From contig NC_043019.1 in assembly GCF_006345805.1 (NCBI RefSeq), positions 16,491,360 through 16,555,359 on the forward strand: a DNA stretch of 64,000 bases. The letters are read 5' to 3'. Source of the stretch: Octopus sinensis. Taxonomy: Eukaryota. Made by a program: the position numbers and the translations under genes. Under the pieces are notes generated by a model. The model was not told the DNA's origin and did no database searches. It was given only the letters and a program-made list of their open reading frames with translations. Shown here piece by piece: positions 52,018-64,000 of the stretch; position 1 is the first letter of the stretch; each line of letters begins with the position of its first letter.

Positions 52018-52767
52018 TGCTTATTTTGCATCTGATGCTTATTCTGGCAGTCTCTTTTGCTGAACTGCTAGGTTACAGCAATGAAAACAAACCAATACCA
52101 TTTGTCAAGTGATGGTGGGGAGACAAACACAAAGGTACTCACACACACAATAGGATTCCTCACAGTTTCCATTTACCAAATCCACTCACAAAGCATTGGT
52201 CAGACTCTTGGCCAAGGTGTTGTGCATTGGAACTGAATTTGAAACCAGATGGAATGGAGAAACAAAATGGAAATAGCATTGGTTCAGTGTTGGCATTTGT
52301 CACTATGAATCTTGTGTGCACGTGTTGTTCGTTTAGGTTAACCAGTGTTGGTTTGTTTATTTCTTCATAAGCTAGCATTTCAGTAAAAAGTGGCCAATAG
52401 AATAGGTACCAAAATGGCCACAGTCTAATGACTCAAACAAAGGAATATAAAAATATGAACACCCAAAAATATACAGATATTATGTACCATTATACATACA
52501 CACACACACATCCGTTCAGAGAGCTGAGTCAGCCCTGCATTACTTTGTCAGTCAGTTGTAATCAGGGAGCAAGAGAGGTTGGCTTGTTTAGACTATTGTA
52601 GGGACTCCCAGCTATTAGTGTCTGTCCCTACTGGTACCCCCCCCCCACTACCACCCCCACTGCTGATTTCATGTATGGTTACTAGTCTCTGCTGGGGCCT
52701 AGAAATATAAATTGAAATATGACCCCCAAATACTGTCTCTTCTCTGATTGAAGATGGGTTTCCCTGT

Positions 52768-52836
<69 letters not shown>

Positions 52837-53299
52837 CTGCAGATTTATTGTATATATAACTACTTTATGTATGTGTGTGTATATGTGTATATACATACAC
52901 ATATACCTAGTACAGAAGACATTTGTGTATGCGTGTGTGTGTATATATAACCCTGGGCTGACCAAAGCCTTTTGAGCAGATTTGGTAGAATTAAACTGAA
53001 AGAAGCCCGTCATATATATGTATGTATGTATATGTATATATATCTGTGCATATGTGTTTGTACCACCGCTTGCTGATGGTGTGGGTTTGTTTACGTCCCC
53101 ATAACAGCAAAAGAGAATGAAAGCATAAGTAGCAGGCTCAAAAATAAAACAAGTCCTTGGCTTGATTTGTTCAACTAAAATTCTTCAAGATGGTGCCCCA
53201 GCATGGCCACAGTCAAAATGAAAAAGCACAGAAATGATATGTGTATACATACATATAGAAAATGCTTAGCTTTAACTAACTCACTTTTTAATATATATA

Positions 53300-53334
<35 letters not shown>

Positions 53335-53452
53335 GCTTACGGCCATATCACGTTGAAAGCATCGGTTCTCGTCTGATCACCGTAGTTAAGCAACGTCGAG
53401 CCTAGTCAGTACTTAGATGGGTGACCGCTTGGGAAACCTAGGTGCAGTAAGC
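53335..53452 (+). rRNA. 5S rRNA sequence (dispersed copy, probably a retroposon head rather than an array gene)
   Basis: GCTTACGGCCATATCACGTTGAAAGC...AGTTAAGCAACG...GATGGGTGACCGCTTGGGAA...GTAAGC. The ends pair (GCTTAC/GTAAGC) and box A/C-like elements are present, but there is no downstream T-run terminator. Confidence 0.9.
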
Positions 53453-53541
53453 ATAGCACATTGTTAAATGGCGGTGCCCCAGCATGGCCACAGCTTGTGA
53501 GCTGAAACTAGATAAAAATAAAAGTTTTAAAAATATATATA

Positions 53542-53588
<47 letters not shown>

Positions 53589-54690
53589 TATATATATCTC
53601 ACACTTTTATCTCTTCTGTTTTTCATTCACAATATTTCTCCCTCTGCTGTTGAGTGGCAGCATCTGTTTGGTTTTGTTTTACCTTCTCTTCCACTCCAAT
53701 GTTACTCCTCTTACTGCTGCTGCTGTTGATGACAACAGTGGTGTCATCATCAGCAGCAGCAGCACCGCTGCTGCAAACAAACCTTGGAGTAATACTTCCA
53801 AGTCTTCTCTTTTGTGATAATGTCTTTCATCTCATCTTCCCCTTCTCCATATCTTCGATTAAATGCATCTGACCCTGCTTCACTATCCATGTTTACATGG
53901 GTGCTATTGACTCCAATTTGAGCTTTGAGAGGTTCTTCAATTACCAGATTGAAGGTTCACTTTCATAGTATTGAGCTAATGAAAGCGATATATCTCTTTA
54001 ACACACACATATTACCATATGTTCATATGCAGACATTACAGACCAAAAAACCCCACTCGTCCAGTGCAAGTAGTGTTACCTGATGATTTGGTACTTCTTA
54101 CTTTAAAACTTGGTGAGACAATGTAGAATAAAGTTTTGTTGAGAAACAAAACCCAACGAAATACTCCCCGTGGATTTGAACTCCTGACTTATTAGCTTTC
54201 TTTTATTTTATTTATTTTTTAAAAATCTACTCAGTCAAATAGTTACCATTCTATCCCCAATGGGGAAGAGATTATTTGTACTGAGACTAAATGACTTTTA
54301 TGGATAATCTAGGATGTTCTAGGGATGGATGAGAATCACAATTCAGGTAAGTCTTACCTGAATTGTTATTCTTATACAAAAATCCAAGGTCCAGTATTTA
54401 ACACCTGAACTGCTACATACCCTACTCATACCACCTCATTGCAAACTTCATACAACTGCCATATCCTGTATCTATGACATAGTTTTGAGGATATTTAAAT
54501 AACAGGCGTGCTAAATATTAAAGTTTAGTTATGAAATACTGTAATATTTCACTGAGCAATAAACATTCAAAATATGTGCGTCACCAGTAAGTTCCAAATA
54601 TAGACCATAGCAGTTAAGCTCTTAGAAATTTTGGGTGTGTCAACGTTTTTGCAATAGAATTTTTTTAGGGTTCACAAAACAATGTAAGTA

Positions 54691-54921
54691 GGTGGTGAGC
54701 TGGCAGAAACGTTAGCACGCCGGGCGAAATGCTTAGCGGTATTTCATCTGCGTTAGGTTGTGAGTTCAAATTCCGCCGAGGTTGACTTTGCCTTTCATCC
54801 TTTCGGGATCGATAAATTAAGTACCAGTTATGCACTGGGGTCGATGTAATCGACTTAATACCTATGTCTGTCCTTGTTTGTCCCCTCTGTGTTTAGCCCC
54901 TTGTGGGTAATAAAGAAATAG
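54691..54921 (+). mobile_element. SINE family C
   Basis: GGTGAGCTGGCAGAA head, GAGTTCAAATTCC B box-like motif, central GACTTTGCCTTTCATCCTTTCGGG-TCGATAAATTAAGTACCAG. Near-copy at 56468. Confidence 0.85.
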
Positions 54922-55263
54922 GTATGTTTTAGCTGGTCAGTCTCTTATTTAGAGTATTTCCTGTTTTTATTGGTAAGAAAGTATCATGATGTTGTTAGTG
55001 TAGAAAATTGTTTCTCTTGTGCTTTGATGTTCGCAAAAGGATTTGGGTAGGTGCAAAGGTTGTGGGTCTGTATTTCTTTCTATAAGCAAGTATTTAGGGA
55101 TTGATTTTAACCTTGTTTTTTCTTTTATGGGAATAAGTTTGTTGGTTGTGTGTTTATAAAAATTTCTTCAATTCTGTTTCAAACATGGGTGTTTTATAAT
55201 ACATTACTTTACACCTCTGGATATAAGCAAAAGTGGGAGCATTATAAAATTTGTGTGTGTGTG

Positions 55264-55295
<32 letters not shown>

Positions 55296-55362
55296 CATTC
55301 ATTTATAAAAACGAGAATAAAAGTGAAATTTAATTAACAAAAATACATATATACATGTATGC

Positions 55363-56770
55363 ATCATCATCATTTAATGTCTGTTGTCCATGCTGGCATG
55401 GGTTGGACATTTTGACCAGGGCTGGCAAGCTGGATGCCTGCACCAGACTCTAGTCTGTTTTGGCAAGGTTCCTACAGCTGGATGTCCTTCCTAACGCCAA
55501 CCATTCCAAGAGGGTAATGGGTGCTTTTACTTGCCACCAGCACAGGTGCCACTTGCATGACACTAGTATCTGCCATGACTGTGGTTTTACTTGGCTTGAT
55601 GGGTCTTCTTCTCAAGCACTGCATAATGCCAAATGGACTCGGTCCTTGCCTCTGTGTGGCCCAACACTCAAAAGGTGCTTTTACTGGCACACGTGCCATT
55701 TGCATGACACTAGTATCTGCAACAACTGCAATTTTACTTGGCTTGATGGGTTTTCTTCTCAAGCACAGCATAACGTCAAAGGTCTTGGTCATTGCCTCCG
55801 TGAGGCCCAGTATTCAAAAGGAGCTCAACCACTTTGCCTCCTTGAAACTCCACGCTCGAAGGGTGCTTTTTACATGACACCAGCATCAGCCACGACTGCA
55901 ATTTCACTTGGCTTGATGGGTCTTCTCAAGCACAGCATATCGCCAAAGGTCTTGGTCACTCGTCATTCCTTCAAAGATCATGCTTCACCACTTCATCCCA
56001 TCTCTTCCTGGGTCTACCTCTACCACAGGTTCTCTCCACAATTAGAGATCGGCACTTCTTCACACAGCTGTCCTTATCCCTACGCATCACATGCCCATAC
56101 CAGCACAGTCATCTCTCTTGCGCACCATATCTGATGCCTCTTATGCCCAACTTTTCTCTCAAGATACTTAGACTCTGTCGAACATGCACACTGACATTGC
56201 ACACCCAGTGGAGCATACTAGATTCATTTCTTTCAAGCCTAAACATGTCCTTGGCTGTCACAGCCCATGTTTCACTGCTGTGTAGCATAGCTGTTTGCAC
56301 ACAGGCATCATGCAATCTGCCTTTCACTCTAAGAGAGAGGCCCTTTGTTGCTAACAGAGGCAGGAGCTCTCTAAACTTTGCCCAGCCTAATTTTATTCTC
56401 GCAGCTATACTCTCAGAGCATCCACCTCCACTACTAACTTGATCACCTAGGTAACAGAAACTATCTAAAGGCAGTGAGCTGGCAGAAACGTTAGCATGTT
56501 GGGCGAAATGCTTAGCGGTATTTCATCTACTGTTACGTTCTGAGTTCAAATTCTGCCAAGGTCGACTTTGCCTTTCATCCTTTCAGGGTCAATAAATTAA
56601 GTACTAGTTATGCACTGGGATCGATGTAATCAACTTAATCCCTTTGTCTGTCTTTGTTTGTCCCCTCTATGTTTAGCCCCTTGTGGGCAATAAAGAAATA
56701 AGAAGCTATCTACTGCCTCTAGCTTACCCCCATGGCAGTTGATGGAGTCTATTTTCTGTACATTTTTTAT
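55363..56770 (-). mobile_element. RTE-clade LINE 3' fragment interrupted by a SINE
   Basis: KGRLHDACVQTAMLHSSETWAV is homologous to the 26811 copy. The tail appears as (CAT)n at 55363. The outer boundary is approximate. Confidence 0.85.
56468..56700 (+). mobile_element. SINE family C inserted into an RTE LINE, with TSD
   Basis: Flanked by AGAAACTATCTA (56456-56467) and AGAAGCTATCTA (56701-56712). Confidence 0.88.
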
Positions 56771-59700
56771 GTTTATGGTACTTGTGCATCTACTGTGTGT
56801 CTGTCTGTCTGTTTTTGTTCATCTCTGAAAATTGTGAGCAGTGATGCTGTTGTCATTTTTGTCAACAAATTGTCCTCTAGCTTTGTACCTTCAAAATTGT
56901 GTAAAATAGGAAATCCTTTACTTGAAAAAGTGATGGTAAGGTTAGTGACAGGAAGGACATCTAGCTATAAAACAATGTTTCACTAATGTATTCATATAAC
57001 CCATGCTAGCATGGAGAAATGGATGTAAAAACCAATTTACAAAACTCCCTTAATCTGTTGCAACCTTTTAGCCTGATTACAATTGTCTTTATCTTAAACT
57101 CTTTTCCGTTTTTCGCCCCTTACACTTCCCTTTGTTACTATGGTTACTGACTTCCTATCTTATTGTGTGGTTACTTGCTTTCTGCATTACTCTTTCCTTA
57201 TCTCTGTCCTTCTTGTCCATTCTTCAAAACTATTTTCTCATGCCATGCCACAAACATTGACATGAAAAGAACATTGTTCTCTCTCTGGCTTTGTTCTCTC
57301 TCTTGAATCATTAGTATTCTTGTTTCTGTGTGTCATGCAAAGTTATTCAAATTTACAGACATGAAGGCTGAATAAACCATTGAGAGGCTCTGTGAGTGTG
57401 AATTTGTATTAGTAATGCTTGTAACCTAACCATAACACTGCCATTGTGTTGAGCCTTTGTGCTATGCAGGGAAGTGTGTTTGCTCCAGTTAACCCAACTG
57501 ATAAAACTATATCCGAGGACACTCTTTCTCAATGGTTGAGTGATTGGGTTTGTTAAGAAATAGTTTGCTAAGTTTGTCTTCTATATAGAATTAATGAATA
57601 AACATCAAACATATTTAACCACAGTAATTAAGAGCTCAGTTGACAAGATGTTATTAAACTGTGATATATAATTACAATACGGTAAATCCTGGTGGAACCA
57701 ACTTGCATGTTTATAAGGAATTGGCTCAAACAATTGTTGAGAGCAGCATATCATCATCATCGTTTAACGTTCGCTTTCCATGCTGAGGGCTGGCGAACCA
57801 GATAGCTGCACCAGGCTCCAATTTGATCTGGCAGAGTTTCTACAGCTGGATGCCCTTCCTAATACCAACCACTCCGAGAGTGTAGTGGGTGCTTTTTACG
57901 TGCCACCGGCATGGGGGCCAATCAGGCAGTACTGGCAATGACCTCGCTCGAATCTTTTTACACATGCCACCGGCACAGGTGCCAGTAAGGCGACGTTGGT
58001 AACAATCACACTCGAATGGTGCCCTTTTATGTGCCACGGCATGGGGGCCAGTCAGGTGATACTGGCAATGACCTTGCTTGAATCTTTTAAAATGAAAAGA
58101 GCAAAGCTTAAATTTCACATAAAGTTCATTATTTACTTATAATCAACAGCTGTTTCAATGGCATAAAACATCATTATTTATATAATTACATAATTCATTT
58201 AAAATGTTATTTATATTGTTGGGGAGTGGGGGTGGTAATTAGAAAATCGTCACTGATTTACATGTAATCAAGACTGATGTGAAAAAAAAGTTGTGTTGGA
58301 CAATTACAAAGTATAAATGATAGTAATGCTTTGTTTTTGTCTGGAGATCAATTAGTAGAGGAGTAATTGATCAAGCAGCATTAAGATGTTTGCTCTTGGG
58401 TTAAATCACACTACGTGGCACACCTGAGGGTGGAGATCAGCCAAAGTCTTGTGAGTAAATCTGGTTGATGGAAACTGAAAGAAACCCATCATATGTGTGT
58501 ATTTGCATGTCATGTGAGGGTTGTTGCCAAACAATGTTGTTTATTTTTGGTCTTCCATCAGAGACAGGCCTGGCCATGGGAAAGATTAAATTGCTTAGAA
58601 ACAGGTGTGAGTTGGTGACAAGAAAGACATCCAGCCATAGGAAATCTGCTTCCACAAATTCTGTCTGACCCATATCAAAGTGGACATTAAATGGTGATGA
58701 CAATGATGAGGTTTATTTGATACACCTCTGTGCAGGTTCCTCTGTCAAATTCCATGCCCAAGTTTTTGGCTGACCTCAGAGTATGGTAGAAGATGCCTAT
58801 TCCAGCTGGCATCAAACTCACCACCACCATGTGGTTGTGAAATGATCTTCTTCACTCCACCCACCTCTATGCTGGGTATTGTGTAATACCATCCAGTGTC
58901 CATGTGTTTCCATGAATTTCAGTAACACTTTTTCCACTTTTAGATGTATAACATGCTCCTTGATTTCCTGCATATGGGAAAAAGATAGGATGGTCATGGC
59001 TGGAATGCCTTCAGTTATATGTCTGCTCAATCAGGGCTGACCTGTAGATCGACAACAACCTCATTTAGATTCTTAGAAGTAGAGCATTAACAAAGTTGGC
59101 TTGGAGGCATTTATGAATGACTCGTCATAAAGAAGTTATGGGAGACAGGCATCTGCCTGGGAAAATATCTCAAAAGAACAACAGCTGGGTGCTTTACAAG
59201 GCACTCGTGCATCAGTTGGATACAAAAGATTGAGAACAATATAACCACTGAAACTCCATTAAAAAAAAAACATCCCAGCTAATTGGTGACTGACGTGGAA
59301 GAAAAAAAAAAGCAATCATACATATATAATAAATACCTACACACACCTATCATTCCAAAATTAAATGTCTGTGTGTGTGTACAGACACGTATTAATCATC
59401 CCCATTTATATATGTGTATTAGATGGATACATAGATCGATAGAGAACCAGACAAAAGTGCCTTGTGGTGATTGATAACCCTTTTAGGTTCTGACTCTCAA
59501 ATTATATTCAGGTCAGTTTTGCCTTTCATCCTCCTGAAGTCAATCGAACAAGTACCAAATCGATTTTAATCTGATTGAGAGAATCACCAATCTAACGTGC
59601 TCTGGATTTTTGGTTCCAAAGCTTTTGTAGATCACTGGTTTTTGCAAACCAGGGACTGTCACTTTGGTTAACATACCCTAAATTACACAAATATTTAGTC

Positions 59701-60230
59701 TACTTTGATAATTAAACAAAATAAAGATACCTGTACACTATTAATGATACAAGTTTAATAAAACTGTACCATGCGAAATAGCAGTAAACTAGTCTGGCAG
59801 CCAAAGGAATTTGAAGTTGCTGCTTATATATTAGCATGGCTTATAAGCTGTTCCAGACCATCAGAGACCTGCAAGTTGATGTCGTACCTGTTCTATTTTG
59901 GCATTGGTCAGTTCTGATACAGCAGAAATGCAATAAAAAGCACTCTAGGAATGACCACCTTGTCTTTTTGTTTCAATTATTTTCAGACTACTTTATTCAA
60001 GAGGGGTTATTTTGTTGTTGTTTTTTTTTATAAGGGTGTAATTTAAGAAATATTCCTCTTTGCATTTGGTTTGCAAGCTTCCTGAATCACATGTTGAAAC
60101 AGATTTTGCTGTACCTTGGGAGGGTCATTTATGACGTTAATATGCCAAAACAGACCTGGAGTACAGGTTGTGTCATTGAAACTCTGAGTAACAGTTTCTG
60201 TGATGTCTTTGCAGCTTTATTAATAAAGTG

Positions 60231-60266
<36 letters not shown>

Positions 60267-61839
60267 TATTTACAATGGGTCTTGTTAGAGGGACTGAACC
60301 CAAGGCCACATGATTCAGAAGAAAACAGACACAGCCATGTCTGCCCCTAAGTTGTAATTTAATTAAGGCACACACATGGCTGTTTGGTAAGAAGCTTGCT
60401 TAGCAAATCCATGGTTTCAGGTTCAGTCCTATTGCATGGCACTTTGTGCAAGTGTCTTCTACTATAGCCCCAGGCTGACGAAAGTCTTGTGAGCAGATTT
60501 GAAAGAAGCCCATGATTGTGTGTTACTGTCTCCCTACTTTCACTCTGCGTAATAGATGTAAGCACGTGCCACCGTTATGCAAGCTCTGTCCTTTTCAATC
60601 TTCTGAGACGTGTCCGGTCATGGGAGAACGATTACGTGGAAACAGGTGTGGATTGGCAGCAGAAAAGACATCCGGATGTAGAAAGATCTCCCACGTCAGA
60701 TTCCATCTGACCCCTGCAAGCAAGGAAAAGTGGATGTTAAAACTGATGATGATGATGATGAATTTAAAGGAAAACTAACCTCTGTTCAGACTTCCCCATC
60801 ATGATTCAGCAGATGCCTGACACTCTGAGACAGTCTCCTTGTGTCACATGACCAAATATGTATATCATCCCCTTCACACTTCTCTGACATATTTCTAGGT
60901 CATGTAAATATCACATCCGTCATTGTGTGATGCTAGTTAGATCATGTGACCGACACGTCATAACTATTTTTAAAACAATGTGCGCACAACACTCAGTCCT
61001 CAAGTCATGTGATAAACATCTCCCCCCCCCACTTTGCCGGCTGACTGTGAACCAACCACCACTGCTGTGTTCCTCCCTTTTCAGTCATGTGACACACACA
61101 AACACAAACAAACTTTGCCATTGTTAAGGTCATATGATTAATATCATTATTCCATAAACACATTTGACATTTGCAGAAGGAGGATCCTCTCTGGTCACAT
61201 GATCGTTGTGGGCCATTTTCTTTTGGGAGGGGTGGGAATTTTAAAATATTTGCTTTTGAAATAAAAACATAGAACAGATACATTTATACGCCTGCATGCA
61301 CGAGTATATATAACAGGGAGTGAGACAGAGACGTGCACACGTGTGTGTGTGTGTGTGTGTGTATCAAATATAAAATCATCACTGAATTTTCACTTTCCCA
61401 TGTTTGCAAGGGTTAGATGAAAATGTTTTAAGGTAGGTTTCTCAACAACCAGGCACTCCTGTTGCCAATCCTTGTTTCCAAGCAACCGTTGTCCTTTGAA
61501 CAACAAACAGCTGAATGCCCAGACATATTTTCATGGAAGATTGCAAACGATTCACACTGCTTGCATGTCTTTCTACAGTTTCCTTCAACCAAATTCATCC
61601 ACAAGTAATTCATCAGCCCAGGACTAGGGTCGAAAATAGAAGATATATGTTTGTGTGTGTGTGTAAAGGGTCTAGTTTTCAGCTACCCAAAAGCCACACC
61701 TCCCAACCACATACTTCCATGTTCAGTCTCACTGCATGACATCTTGAGAGCAAGTCTCTCCTGCTGATGTTTTGGCTGCCCAAAGCCTTGTCAGTGAATT
61801 TGGTAGACAGAAACTAAAAAACTAAAAGAGGCTTGTCTC

Positions 61840-61913
<74 letters not shown>

Positions 61914-62410
61914 TAAGTAACCACTACACTCAGAGTGGTTGGTGTTAGGAAGGGCATCCAGCTGTAGAAACATTGCCAGATCAGATTAGAGCCTGGTGCA
62001 GCCTACTGGCTTGTCAGTCCCCAGTCAAACCGTCAAACCTATGCCAGCATGTAAAGCGGACATTAAACGATGATGTGTGTGTGTTCGTGTTTTCTAGTCT
62101 TGACACCATGTGATAGCTGTAAACGAGTTTCACCATCATACAAGCAGTGTCCTTCATTTCTAATTTTCTACAGAAATATTGAGCCATGGGGAAATATTAC
62201 ATTCCTTAGAAAACAAATGTGGATTGGAGACAGGTAGGGGCAGCCAAGTGTAAAAAAATCTGCCCAAACAAATTCCATCTCATTCATGTATGGAAAAATG
62301 GATGTTAAAATTATGAAATTCCTGTATTGTTAATAGTGCATCCCCATACGTCCTATATGTATATTTATTTGTATGTGAAATAAACAGGATTATATATTTA
62401 AAACCATATG

Positions 62411-62767
62411 TGTGTGTGGTAAGAAGCTTGCTTCCCAACCACATAGTTCTGGGTTCAGTCCCACTGTGTGGCACCTTGGGCAAATGTCTTCTACTATAGC
62501 CTTGGGCTAACCAAAGCCTTGTGAGTGGATTTAGTAGACGGAAACTGAAAGAAGCCCATTGTGTGTATGTTTCTGTTTGTCCACCCCACCATTGCTTGAC
62601 AACCAATGTTGGCGTGTTTACATCCTAGTAAATTAGCGGTTCAGCAAAAGAGACCGACAGAAAATGTACTAAGCTTACTAGAATAAATCCTGGGGTCGGT
62701 TTGTTCAACTAAATGTGGTGCTCCAGCATGGCCACTGCAGTCAAATGACTGACTCAAGTAAAAGAAT
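62411..62767 (+). mobile_element. SINE family A copy
   Basis: GTGTGGTAAGAAGCTTGC...GGTGCTCCAGCATGGCCAC...CAAGTAAAAGAA. Confidence 0.85.
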
Positions 62768-63269
62768 ATACGTATGTATATGCATATCATCATCTAATTA
62801 ATAAGCTCATGACAAGCATTTCCAAGTTCCTTCATGGTTATTGGCCACCCTATGCCATCATGCAGCAGGAGCACTCCTTTTAACTGGCTACACATGTTTT
62901 CAGAATTTCTATTAGAACTTCTAAGATAAGAAGATGGGATGCACAGGCTTTAATCACAAATCGCAATTGTTTCTGTGCAATGATAACAGCTGTTGTTGAG
63001 TTTTCCATATCATTCTGTTACATAAAGTATTTTCTAAATAATTACTTAAATATATATGATTCAGCTGCAGCTGTGTTCTAGCACATCATCAGGTGAGTGG
63101 CTTTGATAACACTCGGCCAGTAACAGATGTTACTATTGCACAGAAACAATTGTTGTGATTTGTACTTAAATCCTGTTCATTCCATCTTCTTTATATATAT
63201 ATATATATATATATATACTCAATTTGACAACTCCACTAGAATGGACGAAAGCGCTGATTATATGATATA

Positions 63270-63525
63270 TCTCTTATTATAAAAGGCAGATTTTATCTGC
63301 TTCCCTTTTTATCTGCTTCCCATTTTAATGCATTTTTTCGCTTTTATATAAGGGAAGTAACTCTCTAAAAATATCTACGATGTGTCAACGATTTAAAAAA
63401 AATTTACCTTAATTTTTTTTCAATTTTTAATGCATTTTTTTTGCTATTTTTTGGCTATAACTCTCTAAAAATGCTTATATAGTTATTTCCCTTACAACCC
63501 GAGCAACGCCAGGCGATACTGCTAG
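63270..63525 (+). mobile_element. Non-autonomous Helitron
   Basis: 5' TC, 3' CTAG, inserted between A and T, with a subterminal GC-rich imperfect hairpin CCCGAGCAACGCCAGGCG. Confidence 0.8.
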
Positions 63526-63751
63526 TGATGTATAAAAACATGTAATATACAAATAAATATCTGTAAATATAAAACCATCCGAATTTCTGAGTACCTCATT
63601 TCTTCTAATATATACTCACATATACATACACAAACATATATACACACATATATATATATATATATAAACATAGATATATACACATGCACACAAGCGCTTA
63701 CACACCACTGACTGAGCTTTCTAAATGTATGAAATATCTATTTACTTTCAG

Positions 63752-64000
63752 ATTCTTCTTGGATTGGAAAGAACGTTAGCAGTCAGCGTTTCTGTAATGT
63801 TGCTGAAGAACCAAAAGTTGTTGATATTGAGAAACAGAAGAAGAGCCTGGTTGCCAATGAACTGGAACGGTCGAAAAACTTGAAGAACCAATTTGCAGAG
63901 AGCAACCCCATTGTAAAGGATTTGAGCAAGTTGTATGTGTACAACCCACAAGCCAGCATCCCGGGGTTGTACGAGAGCTCCACTGATGGTAATACAGATG
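63752..64000 (+). CDS. REXO1: Probable downstream coding exon of REXO1 (may end at 63988 or continue past the window)
   Basis: Acceptor tttactttcag|AT, phase 1 compatible with exon 1. Open for the whole 249 nt (DSSWIGKNV...LVANELERSKNLKNQF...LYVYNPQ). Confidence 0.7.

Noticed and set aside
53335-53452. Canonical functional 5S rRNA gene
   Set aside because: It is a single copy with no tandem array and no T-run terminator, and it is followed by a SINE-type tail.
55460-56134. 224-aa plus-strand ORF
   Set aside because: It is an antisense read-through of RTE 3'UTR tandem units.

Overview
AT-rich, microsatellite- and retroposon-dense eukaryotic DNA. The SINE families, RTE LINE tails and mollusc-type 5S sequence point to a coleoid cephalopod, probably Octopus (inference). 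Two protein-coding genes lie head-to-head around 30.7-34.7 kb. On the minus strand is the 5' half of a TUT4/TUT7 (ZCCHC11/ZCCHC6)-type terminal uridylyltransferase. I traced ten coding exons from 15154 down past position 1, all GT-AG and phase-consistent, encoding a polyQ N-terminus, a C2H2 zinc finger, an inactive N-terminal nucleotidyltransferase and a PAP-associated domain. On the plus strand is the 5' end of a REXO1-type RNA exonuclease, with exon 1 at 34702 and the next supported exon at 63752. The introns hold tRNA-derived SINEs, RTE LINE 3' fragments with tandem arrays, a full-length dead mariner, other Tc1/mariner, hAT and Tigger relics, a small Helitron, long (TA)n tracts and many fold-back elements. 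The most notable observations are (i) a near-intact 5S rRNA fused to the local SINE 3' tail with a covarying stem-loop, a candidate 5S-derived SINE; (ii) several hammerhead-ribozyme-like motifs in Penelope-like palindromes; (iii) two candidate non-coding first exons and a 16-nt microexon for TUT4/7. All calls are by eye and no database searches were run.
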